Below, one piece after another: positions 45,476 through 56,132 of a DNA stretch of 64,000 bases. The notes beneath the pieces were generated by a model. It was not told the DNA's origin, made no database searches, and saw only the letters and a list, made by a program, of their open reading frames with translations. The first letter of the stretch is position 1. Every line of letters begins with the position of its first letter. The translations under genes and the position numbers were made by a program. Source of the DNA: Nitrospirae bacterium JdFR-86 (GTDB taxonomy: Bacteria; Nitrospirota; Thermodesulfovibrionia; Thermodesulfovibrionales; JdFR-86); NCBI GenBank assembly GCA_002011815.1, contig MTOV01000017.1, positions 10,640-74,639 on the forward strand, given 5' to 3'.

Positions 45476-47161
45476 ATGCATAGAAAATGGTTTGTCCAGA
45501 GGACAAACGCAGAGTATGTTTCCTATCTTTCAAGGACAGCGTCCATATCGCCTCCGCTTGCACAGGTATTGATAAACCGTGGGATTAAAACCCCTGAAGA
45601 TGTCTCAGTCTTTCTTACACAGACCGCAGAGACCATGTCTGACCCCTTCGGGATCGAAGGCATTGAAACAGCACTAAAAACAATACACGCTGCACGGGAA
45701 AGCCGCACCAAGGTGCTTGTCCACGGCGACTACGACGCCGACGGCTTAACAGCAACAGCCATAATGGTAGCGGCATTAAGACGGTTCGGCATCGAAACCC
45801 ATTACTTCATACCCAACAGATTCGAGCATGGATACGGCTTTAATACTGTTGCAGTTAAAAAAGCAAAGGACATCGGAGCAGGGCTTATCATAACAGTTGA
45901 CTGCGGTATATCCTCTGTGGAGGCTACAGAATATGCAAGGTCAGAAGGAATTGACGTAATAATAACCGACCATCACGAACCTGTCCTGCATCCTGAGACA
46001 AAACACCCTGTGTTGCCTAAAGCAGTGGCAGTCATAAACCCAAAACTTTCAGGCTCCAAAGGGGTCTCTGCCCTCTCCGGTGCTGGAGTTGCACTTAAAC
46101 TGGCTCAGGCAATGTTTCAGAATCCATGTCATGAATTCTTCGACCTCGCAACCCTCGGAACACTCGCAGATGCAGTGCCTCTGATTGGAGAAAACCGCGT
46201 AATCGTAAAAGAAGGACTCAACCCTATAGAGGAAGGCATAAGAACAGGAATAAACGCCCTGAGGACAGTCTCAGGACTTAATGGAAGACCGATAAAAGCA
46301 GGGCTTCTGTCGTTTACGCTCGTGCCGAGAATTAATGCAGCAGGACGCATCTCAGACGCATCAGAAGTCGTTGACCTCTTGCTTACAACATCAGAAGACA
46401 CTGCCGTGAGCATCGCTTCTTCACTTGATAGAAAAAACTCCGAAAGACAGAAGATAGAAGAGACCGTCTATAACGAGGCGCTTGAAAAACTGGAACAGAA
46501 AGATTACGAGCATGCCATCGTGCTTGCCGGAGAAGGCTGGCACGAAGGCGTAATCGGCATCGTTGCCTCCCGAATAGCTGAAAAATTCTACAGGCCTACG
46601 TTTATACTCAGCATAAAAAACGATATTGCAAAAGGTTCGGCAAGAAGCATCCCGGAATTCGATGTCTATGCCGGACTGGTAGAATGCCGTGACCTGCTGA
46701 TATCCTTTGGCGGGCATACCCAGGCAGCAGGCCTTAAGCTGAACACATCTGCATTAGATGCTTTTGAAAAAAGGATCTCCTCTGTCGTCGCTGAAAGGGT
46801 AAAGGACTTTACCCCCTCACTTCAGATAGATGCAGACATCAGCCTTAGTGAGATAAACTTCAGACTGGTGCGGGAAATCGAGATGCTCGAGCCGTTCGGT
46901 CCTGGAAACTCAGAGCCTGTCTTCGGCTCAAAAAGCCTTGAGGTGATAGACCCGAGAATCGTCGGCAATAACCATCTGAAGATGAAACTCAGGTCACGCT
47001 CTCAGGTGATGAATGCCATCGGCTTTGACATGGGAGAACTCTACAATATAATCGAAAGCACCTCAGTAGTGGACGCAGCCTATACTGCAACTGTAAACGA
47101 ATGGGAAGGCGGAAAATCCCTTCAGCTCAACCTGAAAGCCCTGAGACCGGCAAACCTTTAA
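45476..47161 (+). CDS. recJ: Single-stranded-DNA-specific exonuclease RecJ
   Basis: DHH motifs (VLVHGDYDADGLTA, IITVDCGI, VIITDHH) and a DHHA1 region (GGHTQAAG). Confidence 0.9.
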   Translation: MHRKWFVQRTNAEYVSYLSRTASISPPLAQVLINRGIKTPEDVSVFLTQTAETMSDPFGIEGIETALKTIHAARESRTKVLVHGDYDADGLTATAIMVAALRRFGIETHYFIPNRFEHGYGFNTVAVKKAKDIGAGLIITVDCGISSVEATEYARSEGIDVIITDHHEPVLHPETKHPVLPKAVAVINPKLSGSKGVSALSGAGVALKLAQAMFQNPCHEFFDLATLGTLADAVPLIGENRVIVKEGLNPIEEGIRTGINALRTVSGLNGRPIKAGLLSFTLVPRINAAGRISDASEVVDLLLTTSEDTAVSIASSLDRKNSERQKIEETVYNEALEKLEQKDYEHAIVLAGEGWHEGVIGIVASRIAEKFYRPTFILSIKNDIAKGSARSIPEFDVYAGLVECRDLLISFGGHTQAAGLKLNTSALDAFEKRISSVVAERVKDFTPSLQIDADISLSEINFRLVREIEMLEPFGPGNSEPVFGSKSLEVIDPRIVGNNHLKMKLRSRSQVMNAIGFDMGELYNIIESTSVVDAAYTATVNEWEGGKSLQLNLKALRPANL

Positions 47162-47183
47162 CCCCCGGAGAAAAATCGGTTTT

Positions 47184-48152
47184 TTGTTAAAATATGATAT
47201 GATGATTTTCCTCTCATTTATTACTTTACTGCCGTTGTTTTTTTCCGCGCCACAGGTCGCAAACTGCTCTGACGCTGAACTCTACTTTCTTCAGGGGAAA
47301 TGGGGCAAGGCAATAAAGGAGTACAAGGCAGTGGTGGAAGAAACTCCTACTGTAGAAACCCTGATAAGACTTGCCGATGCTTATTTCTACTCAGGCGACC
47401 TGAAAGCCGCAGAGGAAACATACGATAAAGCCCTTTTACTCAAGGAAAATCCAGACTCAATAATATCCCTTGCCATGATTAGAGCAATCAAGGACAAGTA
47501 CGAGATTAAAAAACTCATTAACATGGCGGATACATACGGGGACAATTCCCGCCTCTGGAGAGCAACCGGCATTGCACACATGAAACACGGTGATGACGAA
47601 AAAGCCCTTTATTATCTTTACAAGGCAGTAGAAAAAGACCCTGAAGACTATATGTCATACTTCTTCCTCGGAATGATATACGAAGCCCATTTTCTCTTTG
47701 ATGATGCAATAGTTGAATACAAGAAATCAGTCCAGATAAACCCGAACTACGCACAGGCACTGAACAATCTCGGCTATTGCTATAAGGAAAAGCATTACTA
47801 CTCATACGCAATAGAAATGTATAAAAAAGCCATCGCCGTAGACCCTGAAAACGCCGGGTTTTACTATAATATCGGCAATGCCTATACACATAAACAGCTG
47901 GTAAAAGAGGCATACGAATCCTACAAGAGGGCTCTGGAACTTGAGCCTACTTTCGCCAAGGCACACTACAATATGGGCAGAACATATATAAAGATGGACA
48001 AGCTCGAAGAGGCTCTCGAGGAATTGAAATTATATCTGAAATACTGGACTCCTTCTGTATCCCCACTGGATGCACCGCCCCCTAAAGCGGTAAAATTACA
48101 GATAGAAGAACTCGAAGAGATAATAAGACAGCAGGAAGCCGATGAAGAATAA
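47184..48152 (+). CDS. Secreted TPR-repeat protein
   Basis: N-terminal hydrophobic signal and several TPR repeats (NPNYAQALNNLGYCY, DPENAGFYYNIGNAY, EPTFAKAHYNMGRTY). The track start is a TTG; ATG 47199 is an alternative. Confidence 0.7.
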   Translation: MLKYDMMIFLSFITLLPLFFSAPQVANCSDAELYFLQGKWGKAIKEYKAVVEETPTVETLIRLADAYFYSGDLKAAEETYDKALLLKENPDSIISLAMIRAIKDKYEIKKLINMADTYGDNSRLWRATGIAHMKHGDDEKALYYLYKAVEKDPEDYMSYFFLGMIYEAHFLFDDAIVEYKKSVQINPNYAQALNNLGYCYKEKHYYSYAIEMYKKAIAVDPENAGFYYNIGNAYTHKQLVKEAYESYKRALELEPTFAKAHYNMGRTYIKMDKLEEALEELKLYLKYWTPSVSPLDAPPPKAVKLQIEELEEIIRQQEADEE

Positions 48153-49170
48153 AATAATATACAAATACATCGTCTCAGGCATAGGCGTATTCATAGCCCT
48201 TGGTTTTATCTACGTTTATCTCCAGATGATGGTTCCCCTTGCACAGATAGACAATCCACTGGAGATAGAAATAAAGAAAGGCATGAGCTTCAAGCAGGCT
48301 GTAAACGAACTCTCAAAATACAGGCTGATAAATGACCCAAACGTTTTCATTGCACTCGGGAGGCTGACAGGACTGCATAAAAGGCTCACTCCTGGGTATT
48401 ACTCTTTCTTGGGCACGCTGAGTCCGTGGGACGTATTCAAGGCTCTCAAAAACGCCCTTATAGTCCAGTGGGAGATTACTGTTGTAGAAGGCGATACCCT
48501 TGAAGACATAAAAGCCAAACTCGCCAAAAAAGGCATTATGTCCGAGGAGGACTTCATGCGGCTTTCTACAGACAAGAGCTTCCTTGCCAGCCTGAACATA
48601 GATGCACCCTCTCTGGAAGGTTATCTTTTCCCTGACACCTACCGGATACCCAAAGGCGCAACACCTGAGGATGTGCTGAGTATGATGGTGCACAGACTGA
48701 GGCAGAAATTCACTGTGGAAATGCTTGAAAGAATGCAGGAACTAGGTCTTGACGAAAGAAGCGTGCTCACGCTGGCATCCATTATCGAGAAGGAGGCTGT
48801 CATCGACAGGGAAAGACCTATAATCTCAGCTGTCTATCACAACAGGCTCAAGAGGGGAATGCCGCTTCAGGCAGACCCGACTGCAGTTTACGGTATAAAG
48901 CCTCTGAGCGCCGGCGTTACGAAAAAAGACATCAAACGCAAAACAGCATACAATACATATTTTATAAAAGGCTTGCCTCCCGGCCCTATTGCATCAGCCG
49001 GAATTAAATCCATAAAAGCAGCACTTTATCCTTCTGATGTGCCCTATCTTTACTTTGTCTCCAGAAATGATGGCACACATGCCTTTTCAGTCACATTCAA
49101 GGAGCATCTCAGGGCTATAAGAACATACAAGGCTACAAAAGCTGCAGCCAGAGCCAGGATTAAAGGTTAA
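48142..49170 (+). CDS. mltG: Endolytic murein transglycosylase MltG (YceG family)
   Basis: N-terminal transmembrane helix. YceG-like motifs (LASIIEKEA, VYHNRLKRGMPLQADPT, YNTYFIKGLPPGPI). Confidence 0.85.
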   Translation: MKNKIIYKYIVSGIGVFIALGFIYVYLQMMVPLAQIDNPLEIEIKKGMSFKQAVNELSKYRLINDPNVFIALGRLTGLHKRLTPGYYSFLGTLSPWDVFKALKNALIVQWEITVVEGDTLEDIKAKLAKKGIMSEEDFMRLSTDKSFLASLNIDAPSLEGYLFPDTYRIPKGATPEDVLSMMVHRLRQKFTVEMLERMQELGLDERSVLTLASIIEKEAVIDRERPIISAVYHNRLKRGMPLQADPTAVYGIKPLSAGVTKKDIKRKTAYNTYFIKGLPPGPIASAGIKSIKAALYPSDVPYLYFVSRNDGTHAFSVTFKEHLRAIRTYKATKAAARARIKG

Positions 49171-50226
49171 ATGACACCTAAAAGAAAAAAGACCAGAAAA
49201 ATATACGTAGGTAATGTGCCGGTCGGCGGAGGCAGTCCTGTCTCCGTGCAGTCAATGACCAAGACCGACACGAGAAACATCAGTGCCACAGTAAGACAGA
49301 TAAGGGCGCTTGAGCGCGCAGGATGTGAAATAATAAGACTTGCCGTCCCTGACATGGATGCTGCAAAAGCACTCGGAAAGATTAAAAAAGCAGTAAATAT
49401 TCCTGTAGTGGCAGACATACATTTCAACTGGAGACTGGCTCTTGAAGCCATACGCCAGGGCGTAGACGGCTTGAGAATAAACCCCGGAAACATCGGTGCA
49501 AAATGGAAAATCAAAGAGGTCGTAGACGCACTGAAAGACAAAAATATCCCTGTGCGTGTAGGCGTAAATGCAGGCTCGCTTGAAAAGGACCTGCTAAGAA
49601 AATACAAGCATCCGACACCTGAAGCACTCGTTGAAAGCGCAATGAGACACATAGCCCTGCTTGAAGAGATGGACTACAGAAACATAAAAGTCTCTCTTAA
49701 GGCATCCGGTGTTATGGCCACTGTCTCTGCCTACAGGCTCTTTTCTGAAAAGTGCGATTATCCGCTTCATATAGGCATATCAGAGGCAGGACCCCAGTTT
49801 TCAGGCACTATAAAAAGCTCTGTAGGGCTGGGAGTGCTCTTGTGGGAAGGCATAGGCGATACCATAAGAGTATCGCTTACAGCGCCTCCTGTCAAGGAAG
49901 TGAGGGTTGCCTATGAAATACTGCGTTCGCTCGGACTGAGAAAAAGAGGCGTTGAGATAATCTCATGTCCTACCTGTGGAAGATGTCAGGTAAACCTGAA
50001 ACAGCTTGTCTCGGACGCTGAGAAACGGCTTAAAGATATAGAGAAACCCCTGACTGTTGCAGTCATGGGATGCGCTGTAAACGGTCCGGGGGAGGCAAGA
50101 GAGGCTGACTTCGGAATCGCCGCAGGCAAAGGCATGGGAGTCATATTCAAAAAAGGAAAAATCGTGGGGAAGGCAAAAGAAAATAAACTCATAGACTCGC
50201 TGATGAAAGAAATAAAAGGAGCGTAA
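49171..50226 (+). CDS. ispG: 4-hydroxy-3-methylbut-2-en-1-yl diphosphate synthase IspG
   Basis: PVSVQSMTKTDT, VADIHF, and the C-terminal CPTCGRC Fe-S motif. Confidence 0.9.
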   Translation: MTPKRKKTRKIYVGNVPVGGGSPVSVQSMTKTDTRNISATVRQIRALERAGCEIIRLAVPDMDAAKALGKIKKAVNIPVVADIHFNWRLALEAIRQGVDGLRINPGNIGAKWKIKEVVDALKDKNIPVRVGVNAGSLEKDLLRKYKHPTPEALVESAMRHIALLEEMDYRNIKVSLKASGVMATVSAYRLFSEKCDYPLHIGISEAGPQFSGTIKSSVGLGVLLWEGIGDTIRVSLTAPPVKEVRVAYEILRSLGLRKRGVEIISCPTCGRCQVNLKQLVSDAEKRLKDIEKPLTVAVMGCAVNGPGEAREADFGIAAGKGMGVIFKKGKIVGKAKENKLIDSLMKEIKGA

Positions 50227-51084
50227 ATGGAGATTATCAGGATACCGAGGATAATGCAGGAGACCAGCAAAAGGGCACTGCTAAGAGGAAGAACAATAGG
50301 ATTCGTGCCGACAATGGGCGCACTTCATGAAGGGCACATGAGCCTTATAAGAGCCTGCCGGCAGGAAAACGACATCACTGTCGTCAGCATATTCGTCAAC
50401 CCTACGCAGTTCGGACCGCACGAAGACTTTGAGAAATATCCAAGAGACCCGGAAGGCGATATAAATAAACTCACAGATGCCGGCGTGGATACACTCTATC
50501 TTCCGGATACAGCTTCCATGTATCCAGAGGGGTTTAGGACCTCTGTTGTAGTAAACGGACTGTCGGACAAACTCTGCGGCGCCTTCAGACCCGGTCACTT
50601 CAGCGGCGTGGCTACTGTAGTAACAAAATTATTAAATATCGTAATGCCCACAAGGGCATACTTCGGGCAGAAAGACTACCAGCAAAGCCTGATTATAAAA
50701 AGGCTTGTAAGTGACCTTAACATACCTGTGGAAATCGTCACATGCCCTACAGTGCGTGAGCATGACGGTCTTGCAATGAGTTCAAGAAACCAGTACCTCA
50801 ACCCTGATGAAAGAAAAGCTGCAACAGCAATCTACAAATGCCTCAGTTCAGCTGCTGAAAAAATAAAATCAGGCGAAAAAAACGCAGTCCGGATTAAAGA
50901 GCTTATGAACGAAATCCTCAGCTCAGAACCACTCATAAAAGAAATACAATACGCCTCTGCTTATGACCCTGAAACCCTTGACGAACTGCAGAGAATAGAC
51001 AGCAAGGTGCTTCTTGCAGTGGCAGTCAAGATAGGGCAGACAAGACTCATAGACAACATACTCCTTGAGGAGACAGGCTCATAA
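50227..51084 (+). CDS. panC: Pantoate--beta-alanine ligase PanC
   Basis: GFVPTMGALHEGHMSL and SIFVNPTQFGPHEDF motifs. Confidence 0.9.
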   Translation: MEIIRIPRIMQETSKRALLRGRTIGFVPTMGALHEGHMSLIRACRQENDITVVSIFVNPTQFGPHEDFEKYPRDPEGDINKLTDAGVDTLYLPDTASMYPEGFRTSVVVNGLSDKLCGAFRPGHFSGVATVVTKLLNIVMPTRAYFGQKDYQQSLIIKRLVSDLNIPVEIVTCPTVREHDGLAMSSRNQYLNPDERKAATAIYKCLSSAAEKIKSGEKNAVRIKELMNEILSSEPLIKEIQYASAYDPETLDELQRIDSKVLLAVAVKIGQTRLIDNILLEETGS

Positions 51085-51097
51085 CCTTTGAAAAGCC

Positions 51098-52993
51098 TTA
51101 TGCTCCTTTGAGGAGTTTTTCGACTGTCGGGAACTGACTCATGTCTGTATGCGGAAGGAACATTGCAGACATATACTCATCCATGAAACCTCTTGAGACA
51201 GAAAGCTCCATATAAGTCATCTTTGAGGCAATGTCCTCTGCCTCTTTTCTCAGGTCTTCGGAAAGAAGACAGAGATATGCCCCTGCTACGGATGTATTGC
51301 CAAGGAAGGAAAACCTCTGTCTCGGCAGGTCAGGAAGCATCCCCAGTATTATGGCTTTTTCTACATCAAGATAATTACCAAAGCCGCCGGCTATGTAAAC
51401 TTTCTCAATGGTATCCAAAGTAAAGCCTACTTCCTTAACCAGGAGGCTTACACCTGCATAAATTGCCGCCTTTGCCCTGAGGATGTTCTCTATGTCAACC
51501 TCGGTAAGTGCTATCTCAATATCCTCGTCTTTATAGAACACATACTCGAAGCCTTCCTCTCCTTCTTTCAGCCTCCATGTCTTCTTATCCCTATCCCTTA
51601 CGAATCTTCCTTTCTGGTCTATAATACCTGTAAGGAACATCTCCGAGATGGCATCTATCATTCCTGAGCCGCATATCCCCATAGGCCTTGCATCACCTAT
51701 TACCGTAATGTCCGGTTCGAGTGTTTCAGGGTTGATTCTTACTGCCTCTATTGCACCCTCGGTTGCCCTCATGCCGTGCCTTATACCGCTTCCCTCAAAA
51801 CACGGACCTGCAGAGCATGCCGCAGTCATGAGCCACTCGTTATTGCCGAGGACTATCTCCCCATTCGTTCCGATGTCCATAAAAAGCGCAACTTCTGAAC
51901 TGCGGTGCATCTTCGAGGCAAGGACACCTGAAACTATGTCACCACCGACATAGCTGGCAATACAAGGCAGTGTATAGACTGGTGACTGCGGATTGATGTT
52001 TATCTTTGCCGTGCCAGCCTTCCACATCGGAAACAAGTTCAGGGTAGGAATGTAAGGCTCTTCTCTTATGTATCTGGGATTAAGCCCCCAGAAAAGATGC
52101 GTCATTGTGGTATTGCCTGCAACTGTAGCAGACTCCACCGCCTCTTTTGCAATCCCATGTCTTTCGGTCATGGTCGCCAAAAGAGTGTTTATGTCCGAGA
52201 CAACGAAACTCCTGAGCTCATTAAGTCCTCCGCCTTCTGTGGCATGCACAATCCTCGTTATGACATCATCACCGTATCTCATCTGGGAGTTATACGTTAA
52301 GCCTACATCTATGAGCCTGCCTTCCATTAAGTCAACAAGATATACAACGACCGTAGTCGTGCCTATATCAATCGCAATGCCGTACCTGGCACCGTCTTTT
52401 CTCGGAGATATGAATATAGCTTCAGGACCGTCTATATAGCCTAAGGTGACATCCCAGCCAGCCTGCCTCAGTGTGTCAGCCATGGAGGAGACGAACTTGT
52501 AAGAAAATCTCATATCCTTAATGCCAATGTCATCCAGTGCCCTTTTTAAACGCTCAAGGTCGCTGATATTGTCGCTTATGCTCGGAGGTGGAAGCTTGAG
52601 GTCAACGGTGTTGACAATAGGCTTGACCTCGACCTCAAAGGACTTAAGAAGCTCAAAAAGGTCTCTTGAGCGTGAAACAGCTATTTTGTCTCCTATAATA
52701 AGCCTTGAGCTTTCAGGTATCTCGACAAGTATGTCTCCCTGAGGAAAGCTCTGGCATGCAAGGACAAAACCGCTTTCCCTTTCCCTCAGGGTAAGTTTCC
52801 CTGTGGAGACTACATCCACCTTCCCCTCTATAATTTTTACTTTACACTTGCCGCAGGTGCCCTTCCCTCCGCATGAGGCAACAAGATATACCTCATGCCT
52901 CTTAAGGGCATTTAGTATGCTCTCGTTCGCCAGAACAGATATTACCTTGCCGGTTGTCAGTTTGATATCCATAATATTCAGATATTTTAACAC
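51098..52993 (-). CDS. ASKHA-fold ATPase with N-terminal [2Fe-2S] ferredoxin domain (RACo-like corrinoid activator architecture)
   Basis: Plant-type ferredoxin Cys motif (CGGKGTCGKCKV). ASKHA phosphate-1 motif (IAIDIGTTTVVVYLVD). About 630 aa, as in corrinoid reductive activases. Confidence 0.65.
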   Translation of the reverse strand: MLKYLNIMDIKLTTGKVISVLANESILNALKRHEVYLVASCGGKGTCGKCKVKIIEGKVDVVSTGKLTLRERESGFVLACQSFPQGDILVEIPESSRLIIGDKIAVSRSRDLFELLKSFEVEVKPIVNTVDLKLPPPSISDNISDLERLKRALDDIGIKDMRFSYKFVSSMADTLRQAGWDVTLGYIDGPEAIFISPRKDGARYGIAIDIGTTTVVVYLVDLMEGRLIDVGLTYNSQMRYGDDVITRIVHATEGGGLNELRSFVVSDINTLLATMTERHGIAKEAVESATVAGNTTMTHLFWGLNPRYIREEPYIPTLNLFPMWKAGTAKININPQSPVYTLPCIASYVGGDIVSGVLASKMHRSSEVALFMDIGTNGEIVLGNNEWLMTAACSAGPCFEGSGIRHGMRATEGAIEAVRINPETLEPDITVIGDARPMGICGSGMIDAISEMFLTGIIDQKGRFVRDRDKKTWRLKEGEEGFEYVFYKDEDIEIALTEVDIENILRAKAAIYAGVSLLVKEVGFTLDTIEKVYIAGGFGNYLDVEKAIILGMLPDLPRQRFSFLGNTSVAGAYLCLLSEDLRKEAEDIASKMTYMELSVSRGFMDEYMSAMFLPHTDMSQFPTVEKLLKGA

Positions 52994-53059
52994 GCAATCA
53001 GGAGTTTTTCAGTATTCATCCGATAAAACAGGACAGTTATCTGCTAATATATTCAAATC

Positions 53060-54616
53060 ATGTCAGAGATAGTGAACTCTTCATTAAAGACGGCAGTTAA
53101 GGGCACCACCCTCGTGTTCTTAGGAACAGTAGCAAGCACTATCTTATGGTTTGCTACAAAAATCCTGATAGTCAGAAACACGACCAAGGAAGAACTCGGA
53201 ATATACTCTCTTGCAATTGCCGTGGTGGGCATATTTTCACTTATAGCAGGCGCTGGACTTCAGAACGGGGTAACAAGATATATCTCTATATTCTTGGGTA
53301 AAAACAAAGAAAACGATGCAAAAGCAGTCTCAAAGGCTTCTATTCAAATAGCAACACTGGCAGGCATAACTGCTTCTTTACTGCTGTATATTTTCGCAGC
53401 TCCTATTGCGCAACACGTGTTTTATATGCCGGAGTTTACACTACCTTTAAAGGTCATTTCTATGTTTGTATTTTTCGAGGTTGTTTCCAAAGTGCTTATT
53501 GGAGTAATGAGAGGATACGGAATTATAAAACCGATGGTTTATTACATTAACATCGGACAACCTTTGTTCTTTCTTATATTTCTTATTGTCTGTTTCAGCA
53601 TAAAGCTTCCTTTTATCAGTGTCCTTTATGCATTTGTGTTCTCGATGTTGCTTGTCATGATAAGCATTGGTACTTATGGGCACAAAAAGGTCGGATTCAG
53701 TCCGTTCGCCTTAAGAGGCGGAAAGTTCAAGATGGAACTACTCAGGTTTTCGGTTCCGCTTTTAGGTGTTGCTGTAATGGGCATAGTGTTTACAAGAACA
53801 GACACACTCATGCTCGGCAGGTACGCCACTGCTGAAGATGTTGGAGTCTACAACGTAAGCATCTCGCTTGTAAGACTCCTGACGTTTGTTCTGGGTGCAG
53901 CCGCATTTGTATTCATGCCGGTTGCAGGCGATATGTACGCGAAAAAACAGCTTCCTGAGTTGAAAAGGACATATCAGATATTGACTAAATGGGTATTTTC
54001 AGCAACCCTGCCGTTGTTTTTTGTCATGTTTTTCTTCCCTGAAATGATTATTACTTTTCTGTTTGGTGAACGATATATTGACTCTTCTATCCCCCTCCGC
54101 ATACTGTCTCTGGGATTCATGGTATATGTATTCGTAGGCACCAACACCATGATGCTTACAGTGCTCGGAATGTCAAAGAAACTCATGAACGTCTCTATCT
54201 TCGGAACTGTCCTGAACATCCTGCTTAACTATATCCTTATAAAGCGGTTAGGGTTTGGAATAATAGGGGCTTCAGTGGCAACAGCAGCCTCTTATGCGAC
54301 TGTCAGTTTCATAAATGCATACGTGCTTTACAGACACAGCAAAATACACCCTATTACTTTAGGGTATATCAAACCTATAATCGGCTCAGCCGTAATCGGG
54401 CTTATAATATATGGTGTTGTAAAGACCCTTCCGTTTTTTTATTTCTGGATGTTACCCTTGTATTTCATGTTGTTCTTAATCGGTTACTTTGTCTCATTGC
54501 TTCTTACCCGCAGTCTTGACCGGGAAGATATCGCCATGTTTGAAGCCATATCAGAGAAAACCGGACTCGAGATGAAATTTATAAGAAAACTCATATACAG
54601 GTTTGCCCATAACTGA
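53060..54616 (+). CDS. Wzx/MOP-family polysaccharide flippase
   Basis: 518 aa, about 14 predicted transmembrane helices. The N-terminal pattern is typical of polysaccharide biosynthesis (PST) proteins. Confidence 0.75.
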   Translation: MSEIVNSSLKTAVKGTTLVFLGTVASTILWFATKILIVRNTTKEELGIYSLAIAVVGIFSLIAGAGLQNGVTRYISIFLGKNKENDAKAVSKASIQIATLAGITASLLLYIFAAPIAQHVFYMPEFTLPLKVISMFVFFEVVSKVLIGVMRGYGIIKPMVYYINIGQPLFFLIFLIVCFSIKLPFISVLYAFVFSMLLVMISIGTYGHKKVGFSPFALRGGKFKMELLRFSVPLLGVAVMGIVFTRTDTLMLGRYATAEDVGVYNVSISLVRLLTFVLGAAAFVFMPVAGDMYAKKQLPELKRTYQILTKWVFSATLPLFFVMFFFPEMIITFLFGERYIDSSIPLRILSLGFMVYVFVGTNTMMLTVLGMSKKLMNVSIFGTVLNILLNYILIKRLGFGIIGASVATAASYATVSFINAYVLYRHSKIHPITLGYIKPIIGSAVIGLIIYGVVKTLPFFYFWMLPLYFMLFLIGYFVSLLLTRSLDREDIAMFEAISEKTGLEMKFIRKLIYRFAHN

Positions 54617-54684
54617 GGCATCTGCTTAAAAAACCCTTTGTTTTTCTGCTAAAATAAACAAACAAAGACTTTGAAAGACTTAAC

Positions 54685-55290
54685 ATGATAGGAAAACACA
54701 TTGTATGGCATGAAAGTCTGGTAAGCAGACGCGACCGGAATATAATGAACAAACACCGAAGCGGTGTGATATGGTTTACCGGGCTTCCATCGGCAGGCAA
54801 ATCCACAATAGCCCACCACCTTGAAAAAGAACTCTTCGACCGTGGAATCAGGGCATATGTGCTTGATGGTGACAACATAAGACACGGACTGAACTCTAAT
54901 CTGGGCTTCAGCCGTGAAGACAGAAGAGAAAACCTCCGCAGAATAGCAGAGCTTTCAAAACTGTTTGTTGATGCAGGTATCGTTGTGCTTGCGGCATTCG
55001 TCTCGCCATACAAGGAAGACAGACAATATGTAAGAGACATTGTCGGCGATGACAGCTTCTTTGAAGTATACGTAAAGTGTTCAGTAGAGGTCTGCGAAAA
55101 AAGAGACCCAAAAGGGCATTACAAAAAAGCCAAGGCAGGTATCATAAAGGAGTATACAGGAGTATCCGCACCATACGAGGAGCCGGAAAACCCTGATCTT
55201 GTAATTGACACTGAAGAGCTCAATGTAGAAGAATCCGTAAAAGCTGTTCTTGAGTTCCTCGATAAGAAAAAATTTATACTGCTCATGTAG
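54685..55290 (+). CDS. cysC: Adenylyl-sulfate (APS) kinase CysC
   Basis: VVWH...RSGVIWFTGLPSAGKST P-loop and the DGDNIRHGLN motif. Confidence 0.9.
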   Translation: MIGKHIVWHESLVSRRDRNIMNKHRSGVIWFTGLPSAGKSTIAHHLEKELFDRGIRAYVLDGDNIRHGLNSNLGFSREDRRENLRRIAELSKLFVDAGIVVLAAFVSPYKEDRQYVRDIVGDDSFFEVYVKCSVEVCEKRDPKGHYKKAKAGIIKEYTGVSAPYEEPENPDLVIDTEELNVEESVKAVLEFLDKKKFILLM

Positions 55291-55325
55291 GAGACACAGT
55301 CCCCTTTTTCACCTGAATTGTAAAA

Positions 55326-56132
55326 ATGCAGGAGACCGAAAACTTGCTCGATGAACTGATAGCCACTGTAAAAGAAGCCGCAAAAGCAATCCTTGAGGTC
55401 TATAACTCTGATGACTTTGAAGTCTCTTACAAGTCTGACCAGTCCCCGCTTACGATTGCAGACAAACGCTCCCATGAAATCATAGAGACAACACTAAAAA
55501 AACTCACCCCTGACATACCTGTTCTTTCCGAAGAAGGCAAGACAATAGATTACAGCGAACGCAAAAAATGGAAAAGGTTTTATCTCATAGACCCGCTTGA
55601 CGGAACAAAAGAGTTCATAAGCCGCAACGGAGAATTCACAATCAATATAGCTTTGATTCAGGACTCCGAGCCTGTCATAGGTGTAATCCATGTGCCGGTG
55701 CAGGCAGTGACATATTACGCTATGAAAGGACACGGCGCATACAAACAGGACAAAGACGGAAAGACCCAAAAGATAACCGTAAAAACTTCGGTTGACAAAG
55801 ACGGTCTGGTTGTGGTGGCAAGCCGCTCGCACCCATCGCAGGAGGTGGAAGACTTCCTGAAAAAAATAAAAGTAAAAGACAGGGTCTCAAGGGGAAGTTC
55901 TCTGAAGTTCTGCATCGTTGCCGAGGGAAAGGCGGACATCTATCCAAGATTCAATCCTACATGGGAATGGGACACTGCCGCAGGAGACTGCATACTGAGA
56001 GAGGCAGGAGGTAAGGTGGTAGACCCAAAGGGAAAGATGTTAAGATATAATAAAGAATTCCTCAAGCATGAAAGTTTTGTAGCCCTCGGAAACACAGATA
56101 TAACAGATATAAGGAATCTCTTAGGCTTATGA
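55326..56132 (+). CDS. cysQ: 3'(2'),5'-bisphosphate nucleotidase CysQ
   Basis: Inositol-monophosphatase-fold motifs LSEE, IDPLDGTKEF and WEWDTAAG. Confidence 0.85.
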   Translation: MQETENLLDELIATVKEAAKAILEVYNSDDFEVSYKSDQSPLTIADKRSHEIIETTLKKLTPDIPVLSEEGKTIDYSERKKWKRFYLIDPLDGTKEFISRNGEFTINIALIQDSEPVIGVIHVPVQAVTYYAMKGHGAYKQDKDGKTQKITVKTSVDKDGLVVVASRSHPSQEVEDFLKKIKVKDRVSRGSSLKFCIVAEGKADIYPRFNPTWEWDTAAGDCILREAGGKVVDPKGKMLRYNKEFLKHESFVALGNTDITDIRNLLGL

